A DNA stretch of 64,000 nucleotides. It comes from Schmidtea polychroa (lineage: Eukaryota). The notes beneath the pieces were generated by a model that was not told the DNA's origin, did no database searches, and was given only the letters and a program-made list of their open reading frames with translations. The DNA is taken from the NCBI GenBank assembly GCA_044892525.1, contig CM097885.1:144212001-144276000 (forward strand), read 5' to 3'. The position numbers were made by a program, and so were the translations under genes. Shown one piece after another: positions 1 through 9,178 of this stretch. The first letter of the stretch is position 1. Each line of letters starts with the position of its first letter.

Positions 1-1
1 A

Positions 2-334
2 CCAGTTGTTACTCTTGCACCTGTAATACTTGGAAGTATTTCTGTGGCTGATGGTTTCTTAACTGAAATAGTTTCATTATCTTATACTTCTAAAAAGAAA
101 AGTTTATATAGAGAAGTTTGTTTATCAATAGAATTAGGAATCTCTAAATTATTTTTATTTCAATTAAAAGCTTTAGAAGATGGAATCTTAACTGATGATG
201 AAATAATGAAATCAAATCAAATAATTCAAGATATTAAAAATGAAGTTATAAAATTAAAAAGTGCAAATATTATAACTAATGAATATTCTAAAAAAATTAA
301 ACGAGACAAGTGGTTAAAGAATTCTTACTTATAA
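2..334 (+). CDS. 5'-partial Polinton-associated small hydrophobic protein (frame open from position 2)
   Basis: Frame is open upstream of the called start (PVVTLAPVILGSISVADGFLTEIV...). A hydrophobic N-terminal segment is followed by KALEDGILTDDE, resembling the KALxDGxI(S/T)xxE motif I recall from small accessory proteins next to Polinton pPolB genes. Convergent with pPolB. Confidence 0.55.
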   Translation, partial: PVVTLAPVILGSISVADGFLTEIVSLSYTSKKKSLYREVCLSIELGISKLFLFQLKALEDGILTDDEIMKSNQIIQDIKNEVIKLKSANIITNEYSKKIKRDKWLKNSYL

Positions 335-428
335 AATGGATGAATTTTTAAAAAATTAGATCAAGTTGCTATAGTTGCTTAAATTAATTGTCGACATTTT
401 ATTATTAAAAAATTAAATATCGTTGGTT

Positions 429-935
429 TCAGTTATGGTTGAAAGCCAACCTATGAATCATTAATTTATGATCTTTAAATTCTTTATCACTTAGACCTTT
501 TATATATTCAGAATCAGTATTAAAATATTTAAGTTCTAAACATATAGGATTAAAAACTTGAGAACATAAAGGTTTCTCGATTTCTCTCTCGGGATAAATA
601 ATTTCAACATTAAAAATATCAAGATCAGTAATCTTTGTATCATATAACTTATTCAACTTTTCTAGATTTTTTATTATAGGGATTAAATTATTTCCAATAG
701 GTAGAGTTGTCTTTAAATCACTTAGTATGAATCTCTTATCATCATAATTTGATAATGATACTTTTTGAGATTCTATCAAGTGAATATCATGGTTTTCACT
801 TTTAAGTTGATGTATTTCATCAATTTTATCTTTATGATTTGGATTCAATGTATCTATATAATCTTGATGAGAAAGATTCTTTGCAACTGATTTCTGTATT
901 CCTTTACATCTGTTATCCTTACGGGTTTTTCTTCT
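429..935 (-). CDS. polB: C-terminal (thumb) portion of the same pPolB, in the -1 frame
   Basis: This frame is open from 935 to 429 and reads RKDNRCKGIQKSVAKNLSHQDYIDTL...HQLKSENHDIH...KVSLSNYDDKRFILSDLKTTLPIG. That matches the typical pPolB C-terminus (KGV...H..Y...L; K.ALS..DDKR.I...TL..G). Joined product about 1426 aa. Confidence 0.9.
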   Translation of the reverse strand, partial: RRKTRKDNRCKGIQKSVAKNLSHQDYIDTLNPNHKDKIDEIHQLKSENHDIHLIESQKVSLSNYDDKRFILSDLKTTLPIGNNLIPIIKNLEKLNKLYDTKITDLDIFNVEIIYPEREIEKPLCSQVFNPICLELKYFNTDSEYIKGLSDKEFKDHKLMIHRLAFNHN

Positions 936-3900
936 TTAGGAAATATAGGATATCTATGTGTAATGGTTTCTTCTGTTTCTGGAGTTTTAAATATAAATGA
1001 TCTAGTTATAAATTCAGGGTTTCTAAATGTTTCGTATGAATATTGTTTAGCACGAATAAATATTCCATTTTCTATAGGAGTAAAAGGTTTTTCATCTTTA
1101 AACGAAAATAGTTCTCCAGATGAATTTATTAAATTTGAAAGTATAGGATTTTCTTTCATATCTTTTTGTAAATCATGAGTTCTTATTGTTAAAAACATTG
1201 AATCTGTATCCATTGCATGCATTGATATATTTGCTCCGTATATAGGTTGTAAGATGTTATAATATGTTTCATACATTTGTAATTTTGAAAGTTCTAAAAT
1301 TGTAAACCCTATAAATATTGGTTTGTTATATGTTTTCTCATAATTTTTTAATTCTACTGCAGTAAGATTTTCAGAAAATACTTGTGCGTTTTTAAATGTA
1401 GGCTTTCCTAGCATGCGATTATAACGCTTAATATCTTTGGTAGTATTTGTTAGGAGTACAATATGAGTATATTTATCAACATTCTCCATTGTTTTCCCAA
1501 ATACTGAATTGTTTAAAATTTTATAATTATTATCTTTAAAAAGCTTACCTTCTCTTTTTGCAATGTTTCGACACCTAATGTTCTCCTCGATAAAAGCTTT
1601 CATGAATGGAGCTTGTTTAAATCTTATGACACTATGAACTTTTTTTAATATCATTCCTCGTGAGAGATAAAATTGGAGGAGTCTATAGTGACAAAGATAA
1701 AACCTTCGATCTGTTTGATCACAAAGAAGTTTCATTGTTGGAGGTTTATCTTGTGAGATTTGCCATTCAGAAAGTTCGTTGATATCAATCTTTCTTCTTA
1801 TGGGAGCTAAAGGAAAATATCTTGTTCCTGATTTTATATCATTTGGATAGTCGAGGTCACATTCTATAAAGTAACCTATTGGAGAATCTTTCGATGTTGA
1901 AAGTATTTCTTTCATAAGGTCATCTGTTGGGTTCTCTATTTCAGTGAAATCACTCATTGGTAAATATTGAGTCATAATTCCTGAATATAAAGCTGTTGCA
2001 TCTATATAAAGTATAAATATAGGATTTTTCATTGTTTCTAATAATTCTTTTAATTCCTCATTGTTAATTTTCATATATGGATCATCAGGGTGTTTAGATA
2101 GTCTTCGGCTAGTAGTTATTGCATTTCTAGCTTTTATTTCTCTATTCCCCATTACTGAAGAGACTCCTCCTCTAATGTTTGTTTTAATTTGGTTAAACAT
2201 ATCGAGGTTAGTTAAAAGATCTATAATTTTATCAGCATCTTCTATATTTGAAGTCCAAATGGTATATAACATAGTATCCCAAGCTAAAGAGGGTGCAGTT
2301 ATATAATTATAAGGTTTAAGAACAAAAGAGTTTGTAAATTCTTCAAAGCAATCTGCTAGAATATAAACATCTAAGGATAAATACATGTTGGTATATTCTC
2401 CTAAAGTTTTACACTTGAATAATTCCCACATTTTTAATGCTCGAGAATATTCTTGATCTTTAATCCCTGATTGTAGTAAGTTTGAAAAGAAATCTTCTTT
2501 GTTAGGAAGACTTGTTTGATTATATCTTTCAAACGAGTCAACATAGTCATAAGGATATATTCCTTTTGCTAAACATGTAGGATATTCTTCTAGAGGAATA
2601 TTATTTTTTTCCAAGAATTCTCGAGTGATTTTAAAATCTTCTGGTTTCATTGTTTTAGCTACTGCATCTAGAGACATTTGGAGAAAGTTTAACGAGTCTA
2701 TAAATTTTAATTTCCCATATTCAACTGATTTATATTTTTCTTTTGTTAAGCCGATAACTTTGAAAGAGTTTTTAGCATTTGCTGCTAAATGTTTAATAAA
2801 TAGATGTATGTCATATCCAAAAAGATTATGAAATATAACAGGTATAAATTTAGGAGTATGGCAATTAAGATTGCAATTTTTATGAGCTGCTCCTCGATAA
2901 TTATTTTCCTTTTTTAAATGATCATGATCTATAACTTTTTCATCAGGAAGAATATTCTGTTTACACATCCAACAGTTGGAAGTATTTTCATATTCTTGTT
3001 GTTGTTGATTAGAAATATTTTGAGGATACTTTGTTTTTAATATTTTAAATATTTCATGTTCTAGATCATTTATATTTTTAGTAAAATGATTCAAGACTTC
3101 TTCAGGGGTACCTCCTAGAATTGAATATTCTCTAGATTCTATGAGTTCAGGATAATTACTTTTAAATAATAATTTATAAGCAGATGGTAATTGTTTAGTT
3201 TTTTTAACACTATTAGGTTTATTTCTTTTTCTTAGAAAGGCTTTCATCCTCTCTGGTTTCATCTTCTCTCCTGAGGAGTTCCATAAATCCATGAGTTTAT
3301 TTTTTTCTATTATTTTTAAATATTGATAAACCAAATCTTGTTTATGGTTTATAGATTCAAAGTCACCATAAAGAACTCCAACTGTTTGTAGTAAATTTGA
3401 AAAGTTTTTAAAATACATCTTGGGATTATTAGGCATTTTAATTAAAGCTGGATCATCTTTTTCACAAAATCTTGTATGTTTAATCATAGAGTTTTTAGTT
3501 GTTGAATAATGAAGACATCTTTTACATGTTCCTCCTCCACTAGTTGGATTCTCTGGAGATGTAAAAGCTTGAAAGTTTTTTATTAAAACATAATGTTGAT
3601 TATTTTGTTGTTCCAAGATTAAAAGATATATCTCGTTGTCCTGTGCTCCGTTATCCTTGGTTCCACTATCTGAAATATAAATTGGAATAATTTCTTTCCC
3701 TATAACATGTTCATAAATATTAAGTTTAAGATTATTTAATTTTTCAAATTCTGGAATGTCTTCTAGTTTCATTGGGTGTTTGAATCCTTTGGGAAATATT
3801 AATTCATTTTCATATTGTTTGTATTTTGAAACTCTTTGGGGATTTGTTGCTTGAGGATGTAAATGTGCAAGTATTGACCAGATGAAACATTTGTTATCAT

Positions 3901-4708
3901 TATTCTGTACATTTATAACATTTCTAGATTTAAAGGGTGTAGGAATATAAGATTTAGGATTGGGTGGTAATCCTCTCCAATAATCAATCACTAAAGTTTG
4001 GAAAGAGTTGAATACTAAGTTTGAATCTCCTAATTCATTTTCTACTTCCTCTTGTTTTGCTTCTGCTGCTTTAATTATTTCTTTGATGGTTTTATCAAAT
4101 CCTTTAATTGAAAATAAATATTTAAAAGGTATTCCAATTTCAACATCTAAGGGTGTTGTCTTTTCTTCTGCTCCTCGCCAGTATTTTGCTTTGATTATAA
4201 TTTTATATTTTATAACATTATACCTTGTCGGTTTATAATTTTTTAAAGCTTCAGTGAAAGAATTTTTAATATTTTTTTTATTTTTATTTATATATTCTCC
4301 AGGAGTTGCAGGCCCATTAATTTTTAATTGAAATTCATCTATATGATTAAAATTATCCCAGTTATATTTTTCTCTTTCAACATGATCAGGTTCTCCTTCT
4401 GAATGACATTCCTCATCGTCAGAATTTTGTTTTTTATTTTTACATTCTTTTATATGTTCTAAGTAATAGAAATTTAGTTTTGTTGAAAAGTTACAATGAG
4501 GACATGTAAATATTTCTCTATTTTTCCCGATACAATTTTCAAAATGTTTATTATATCCAGAATGTAGAAATCTTCCTTTACATTTAGGACAAACTTTTGA
4601 ATTTGTATCATTAAGATTATTTTCTTTTAATAAATGAGCTTTCGATTTTAAGTGAGAAATTAATCCAGTTTTATTTTTAAAAACTTTATTGCAAATATTA
4701 CAATTCAT
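854..4708 (-). CDS. polB: Protein-primed family B DNA polymerase of a Polinton/Maverick (pPolB2-type), main ORF of 1284 aa
   Basis: N-terminal Zn fingers (CxxC...H...H, CxxC...H...C); vOTU-like NDNKCFIWSI...QHYVLI; ExoI YGDFES; EndoVII/HNH insert CWMC...DHDH...YRGAAHKNCNL; ExoII FHNLFGYD; ExoIII YLSLDVYILAD; polymerase motifs LYIDATALY, KILNNSVFGK, MDTDS; FIRAKQYSY. Confidence 0.95.
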   Translation of the reverse strand: MNCNICNKVFKNKTGLISHLKSKAHLLKENNLNDTNSKVCPKCKGRFLHSGYNKHFENCIGKNREIFTCPHCNFSTKLNFYYLEHIKECKNKKQNSDDEECHSEGEPDHVEREKYNWDNFNHIDEFQLKINGPATPGEYINKNKKNIKNSFTEALKNYKPTRYNVIKYKIIIKAKYWRGAEEKTTPLDVEIGIPFKYLFSIKGFDKTIKEIIKAAEAKQEEVENELGDSNLVFNSFQTLVIDYWRGLPPNPKSYIPTPFKSRNVINVQNNDNKCFIWSILAHLHPQATNPQRVSKYKQYENELIFPKGFKHPMKLEDIPEFEKLNNLKLNIYEHVIGKEIIPIYISDSGTKDNGAQDNEIYLLILEQQNNQHYVLIKNFQAFTSPENPTSGGGTCKRCLHYSTTKNSMIKHTRFCEKDDPALIKMPNNPKMYFKNFSNLLQTVGVLYGDFESINHKQDLVYQYLKIIEKNKLMDLWNSSGEKMKPERMKAFLRKRNKPNSVKKTKQLPSAYKLLFKSNYPELIESREYSILGGTPEEVLNHFTKNINDLEHEIFKILKTKYPQNISNQQQQEYENTSNCWMCKQNILPDEKVIDHDHLKKENNYRGAAHKNCNLNCHTPKFIPVIFHNLFGYDIHLFIKHLAANAKNSFKVIGLTKEKYKSVEYGKLKFIDSLNFLQMSLDAVAKTMKPEDFKITREFLEKNNIPLEEYPTCLAKGIYPYDYVDSFERYNQTSLPNKEDFFSNLLQSGIKDQEYSRALKMWELFKCKTLGEYTNMYLSLDVYILADCFEEFTNSFVLKPYNYITAPSLAWDTMLYTIWTSNIEDADKIIDLLTNLDMFNQIKTNIRGGVSSVMGNREIKARNAITTSRRLSKHPDDPYMKINNEELKELLETMKNPIFILYIDATALYSGIMTQYLPMSDFTEIENPTDDLMKEILSTSKDSPIGYFIECDLDYPNDIKSGTRYFPLAPIRRKIDINELSEWQISQDKPPTMKLLCDQTDRRFYLCHYRLLQFYLSRGMILKKVHSVIRFKQAPFMKAFIEENIRCRNIAKREGKLFKDNNYKILNNSVFGKTMENVDKYTHIVLLTNTTKDIKRYNRMLGKPTFKNAQVFSENLTAVELKNYEKTYNKPIFIGFTILELSKLQMYETYYNILQPIYGANISMHAMDTDSMFLTIRTHDLQKDMKENPILSNLINSSGELFSFKDEKPFTPIENGIFIRAKQYSYETFRNPEFITRSFIFKTPETEETITHRYPIFPKEEKPVRITDVKEYRNQLQRIFLIKII

Positions 4709-4812
4709 TTTTAGAAAAAATTTTTTATTGGATACCCTGTTTTCATTTTATTTTTTAAGATTTATATTATTCATTTTTTATAATAAAAATTTAAAAAATG
4801 ACAAAAATCCAA

Positions 4813-4895
4813 TCCTAGATAGCGCAGTGGGCTAGACCGGCACCGTGGTTCAAAATGCTAGCGGTTCAAATCACATCTGAGGTTAGTTTTTTTTT
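4813..4895 (+). ncRNA. Candidate Pol III small RNA, unit 1 (tRNA-like promoter, no cloverleaf)
   Basis: A-box TAGCGCAGTGG (4820-4830), B-box GGTTCAAATCA (4863-4873), T9 terminator (4887-4895), terminal stem CCTAGAT/ATCT(G)AGG. GC island in an A/T background. Confidence 0.5.
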
Positions 4896-5060
4896 CAACA
4901 TAAAATAATATTAAAAATTTGAAAATAATATTGAAAATAGTGTGGGTATCTTAGATTTATATTTTATTTTATTTATTTTTATTTTATTTTATTTTATTTT
5001 ATTTATTTTATTTATTATTTTATTTTTTAAACATAAATATGAAAAAAAAAATATTGAAAC

Positions 5061-5155
5061 GGGTGATGGTGGCGAACCGGTAATTATCGCCACCTGTCTT
5101 TCGAACACCCCCGGATCGATCCCGGTAATGTGCACATTTATTTCTCAGTTGTTTT
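5061..5155 (+). ncRNA. Candidate Pol III small RNA, unit 2 (tRNA-like, lacks acceptor stem)
   Basis: A-box-like TGGCGAACCGG (5070-5080). D-arm GCGA/TCGC, extendable to the 8-bp stem GGTGGCGA/TCGCCACC. 7-nt loop CTTTCGA (TTC centre) on a 3-bp stem. T-arm CCGG-ATCGATC-CCGG (5111-5125). First T4 at 5152-5155. Confidence 0.5.
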
Positions 5156-5158
5156 CGG

Positions 5159-5423
5159 ACCTCTTTCGCATTCGCTTTCGAATTCATTTGTACTTTCGAG
5201 CAGCACGCTTAAAACGCCGTTGAAATCGACTTCGTGAGCGAGAAGCGAATAATAAGGTGTGCTGCTATTATCGAATTGATTCTGATTATGAGCCTGGCCA
5301 GCTTGTATATTGGAAGAGATTTGATAAACGAAAGAGGTTGAATAAAAAAAAAATGATCCGGATCAAAAAAAACTGTTGAGAGGACAGTGAAAAAAAAAAA
5401 AAAAAAATACCACTGTCCTCTCA
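5159..5423. other. GC-enriched segment with several exact complementary blocks (structured RNA or DNA)
   Basis: 5159-5168/5329-5338 (10 bp), 5170-5177/5243-5250 (8 bp), 5199-5206/5259-5266 (8 bp), palindrome TGATCCGGATCA (5354-5365), 13-bp hairpin 5377-5389/5411-5423 around an A-run. Confidence 0.55.
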
Positions 5424-6101
5424 GAGCAGTTTTACTATTTTCATAAAATTTTTTATTCTTCAAGACATCAAGATTAAGATTTCATTTATTTTTTTTAATT
5501 AGCCAATTAGCAACTTGCTAGTTGGCATCCTCAAGTAGCCTTCTAACTTTTTCATAATACCATTTTCTTTTCTATTCTCTTTATGTTTTTAGTTTGAAGC
5601 TTTTGAGTTTGAGGCTTTAAAGATTAAAACAGTTAGAGTCATTAAGGGTGGTTGTTTTCAAAATATAGGGTTAAAATACTATAAAAGTATAAGTTTTAGG
5701 TTGTTTTTCTAATGGTTTAAGTGAAATGGAGGCATGTTTTGTTGGTAGGGCTGTTTTGGTTGGGTATATAACCACACTACTAAGATTTGGAAATAAGACA
5801 AAAGGGAAATGATTTAAAGCACACAGTGGATAAAGTAGAAATAGAATAAGCAAAAAGGTGAGAGAAAATAAACGAGAAATTAAAGAAAATAAATAAAAAT
5901 AAAACCATCTTTAAGTCTAATTAAAACAAAAAATTATAGTACAATAAATAGCAATAAATCCGCAGAAAAATAGGAGAAAAATAAGAAAAATAAGAAAATA
6001 AATAAAATAATAATAAGAAATAAGTTAAGTCATTAAAGTCTAATATATTATAATAAAAACATAAAAATAATAATAAATAATGAAATTACAAACAAGTCGC
6101 G

Positions 6102-6160
6102 TCCTGATTGGACGAAAAATAATATATAAGGAACGGAAAATATCTGTAGAGTACCACTTT
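6102..6160 (+). promoter_or_regulatory. Candidate Pol II promoter: inverted CCAAT (Y-box) plus TATA
   Basis: TCCTGATTGGACGAA, then TATATAAG, then AGTACCACTTT, after a roughly 250-bp A-rich tract. Near-identical module at 11366. Confidence 0.45.
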
Positions 6161-6819
6161 TTAAAAATACTCTACAGGTAAATTTTGTTTGTTATAGTAC
6201 CACTTTTTAAAAATACTCTACAGACTTTACAGATTTCGGAACCTTTACTGCGAACTAGTTCAGAGACTACTAAATCAATTCTAGGAAGGAATCTATAGTG
6301 ACCCAACGACAAGCCTATTCAGGACAAACTTTAACTTCAATCGATTTAATCCAGTTTTCGAAACTTGAGGTATGTTGAGTTATTTATGGTTTAATTTAGT
6401 AAATTTTTGGTAAAAAGAATAAAAACAATTTCATGCAATAAATGTATTTAAACGAAAAGAGCCTTTCTTCATGGTGCCGGCGACTGTACCATCTGGGAGC
6501 TTCAAGTATGACGTGGACGAGCAAGAGGTATGCCCCGGTGGAGAGCACGACCACGAGGAATTTCCATAATATGCATCCAGAAGATATTGAAAAGAAATTA
6601 GATCCTTAGAGAATGCGATAATGGACGATGAGAGGTTCACCAATGTTGTGATCAAACGTGTGATTGTATGGAAAAGAGGCATCATACTTGGAGCCCAAAT
6701 GATATGGTCGCCGGGTAAATTTTATTTATTCATTTGTTCATCATTTATTTTTCATCATTATAAATTGTACACAAAGTATTGATTTAATGAAATGCGAATG
6801 AGTTGATTGGTCCCTCATG

Positions 6820-7334
6820 ACGGTGCAAGAACGGCGGCAGAAATGAATGCCTTCTTGGGTGTGTCATGAGGGGGGAAGAGACTCAGTAGGTTGAAATCCA
6901 GTTGGAAAGTGAAATTCCCTTCACCAAGCGCGATCGTTCGTAGAGCATTCCATCGTTTCATTCAGTCACACCGAGATTTCCTATAGTTGTGAAGATGATT
7001 TAAATTCCAAAAACGGACAATTCAGATTGAGATTGACATTGACGTTCGTACTGATTTAATAAAAATCCACATAGATAGAAGAAAATTTTTCATGATGCTC
7101 AGCCAGTCGGTCGGGGTGGTTAGAAAAGAACATTGTCGACCATAGTTTGTGAATAAATCCAACGATTTTTCTGTAGCATATTGCATTTTCGAGGTGCCAT
7201 CTGATTTGTGTCGCCAGGACGCTAGCGTCTACATCCGTCGTCGATGTACTCTTAAAATTGAACTGTGTCCTCGAATCGCCGATGCCAGTGATAATCCATA
7301 TCTCTCTGACAGGGAAGTAAACATCTTGCAATGA
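6820..7334 (+). pseudogene. Degraded orphan reading frame, GC-elevated, family unknown
   Basis: One frame reads as protein-like text with scattered stops (...KRTIQIEIDIDVRTDLIKIHIDRRKFFMMLSQ...YCIFEVPSDLCRQDASVYIRRRC...). No motif recognised. Confidence 0.3.
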
Positions 7335-8488
7335 AATTATCAGAAATACTCACTTTGAGCTCGAAGGAAATAGTTGCCAACGATAACAGAAGTCGTCGAT
7401 TTACATTAGCCAGCTTAGTGTTAGCCGACGGGAAATAGCTGATAATGTCGTACAAGGAGAGATAACGTATCGGTTTTCTGTTAGGAATCGTCAAACAAAT
7501 AAGTTGATAGTCGTTGTCCTAAATCAATATCGTGAAAAGGAGTTAGATAATAAATTCAAGCTTACTCAGTAATCTACTGATTCGTCGCCTACTCATAATG
7601 ATTAATCTGATTTTCCGATCTATCTGCGGCTGCTGCTTGTTTAAGGAGTCTGTTATGCAATCCATATTATTCTGACTTAGGAATGCACATACACACGCAC
7701 TCACCAGACAATTTCCACATAAGACAGTGGATCTATGATTAGGGCAGGAAAATTTTGGGTGATGTAATAATGGCATGGTAATATGAACTCTTCTAGAGCA
7801 GCGAGAGTTCATCCACGCAACACAACATCTAATAACTTCTCCTAACAGCATAACCAATCATTCGCGGAGATAGTCAACACACAGCTACGGATGCAACCAG
7901 GAGCATCAACACACCTAAATACTCAATCATATTGTGCAACTACAAGTAAACGTCTCCATGACGACGATTACGGCGCGTTATTTAAATCAATTAAATTTTA
8001 ATTTTTGAATTAATTTTGAACTAATTTTTGATTATTTTCTTTTTGAGTGGGTTAAAACATAAATAACTATCGGTCACCGTGGATTATTTTTCCCTGTAAT
8101 TTTATGTACGCCTACCTCGATAGAATACTGCAATGATATCAGAACATTCTTAATAATAAAGATATAATAAGGGGAACCAAGTTGAAGGGAATAAATGAAA
8201 GAACGAGTTTTGTATGGAGATTGTCCAATTCGAAAGTAAATCCAAGGGTGGGGTGTAGATAGAGAGAATTTTTGCGTAAATTCCCCGTTTTCTTTTCTTA
8301 ATTTACATGGATTGGGTGAAGAAATTTGAATGCTTACAATAGAATGACTGTGAATGGGGATGGATGATGAGGTCTGTGGGTTATCGTTGTATGGAATGTT
8401 TGATAAAACTCAAAACCCAGGTCCCAAAATTGACTATATCATACTAATAAATGTTTCGAATAAATATAAGAAATGATTGACTTTCTAG

Positions 8489-9178
8489 ATGACGACATCG
8501 TCCAACAATGCCAAGGAACTTTGCCCGTGTTTTTCTTGTGCCGACAAGAACGCGGATATCGCCCAACTTCACTTGTATATCGGGGCCCTCAAGAAGCGGA
8601 TAGACCTCTATGAAGGGACGTGGTTCTCCCCGCCACAGATGAAAGAAGAGCGGAGCAAAATCTTGAGATTAGAACATTGCAGGGACAGCCTCCTGGAGGA
8701 GAGCCGCTGTCAAAGACTCACTATAAAGGCCCAGTCGGAAGCCCTCCACAAAGTGTATACGGAGGCCGAGCTGGCAAAACGAGTACGAGAGTTTCCCATT
8801 CAGGATAAAGCCAATGTTTTTCCCATTCACCATCAGTTATCGGAGTCGTCGAAGTCCAGCTGTAAGGGGCATGGCCCGCATCTGCCCCCCATCCCAGCCC
8901 CAGTGCTTTCGGGTTACCAACCAATGGCAGGTGGCTCTTCTGACCCCATCCTGGCCCCAATTCTCGTTGCACCCGTCATAGAACCTTCAATAGGAAATGA
9001 CCCGCCATCCCGTAAGAGGAAGCGGCCAACCAGATCCGAAAAAAATCAAAAGCGTAGAAACGCGATGGCCGCCCTCGAAGCGTCGTTGTCTGTGGCGCAA
9101 TCAACGATCGAGAAAATATCCTCCACGCACTCAATTCCCGCAAAGGAAATCTTCCGTGTGATTCCAGCGAAGGGATAA
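8489..9178 (+). CDS. Orphan 229-aa ORF with N-terminal CPCxxC, coiled-coil-like and Pro-rich segments and a basic NLS-like patch
   Basis: Uninterrupted ORF at about 50-55% GC by spot counts, far above the host background. RKRKRPTRSEKNQKRR. Preceded by TTTCTAG, so it could be an internal exon. Confidence 0.5.
   Translation: MTTSSNNAKELCPCFSCADKNADIAQLHLYIGALKKRIDLYEGTWFSPPQMKEERSKILRLEHCRDSLLEESRCQRLTIKAQSEALHKVYTEAELAKRVREFPIQDKANVFPIHHQLSESSKSSCKGHGPHLPPIPAPVLSGYQPMAGGSSDPILAPILVAPVIEPSIGNDPPSRKRKRPTRSEKNQKRRNAMAALEASLSVAQSTIEKISSTHSIPAKEIFRVIPAKG

Larger units (their letters stand above)
1..5430. mobile_element. Polinton/Maverick (endogenous dsDNA virus-like element), partial; continues left of the window, right boundary not found
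   Basis: pPolB plus adjacent accessory ORF. No capsid, ATPase or intact integrase and no recognisable TIR for this copy inside the window. Confidence 0.8.

Noticed and set aside
963-4238. Short plus-strand ORFs antisense to pPolB
   Set aside because: Shadow frames of a long coding sequence, with no motifs.
4813-5155. Functional tRNA genes
   Set aside because: Neither unit forms a complete cloverleaf (D, anticodon and T stems broken in unit 1; no acceptor stem in unit 2), so they are reported as tRNA-like only.
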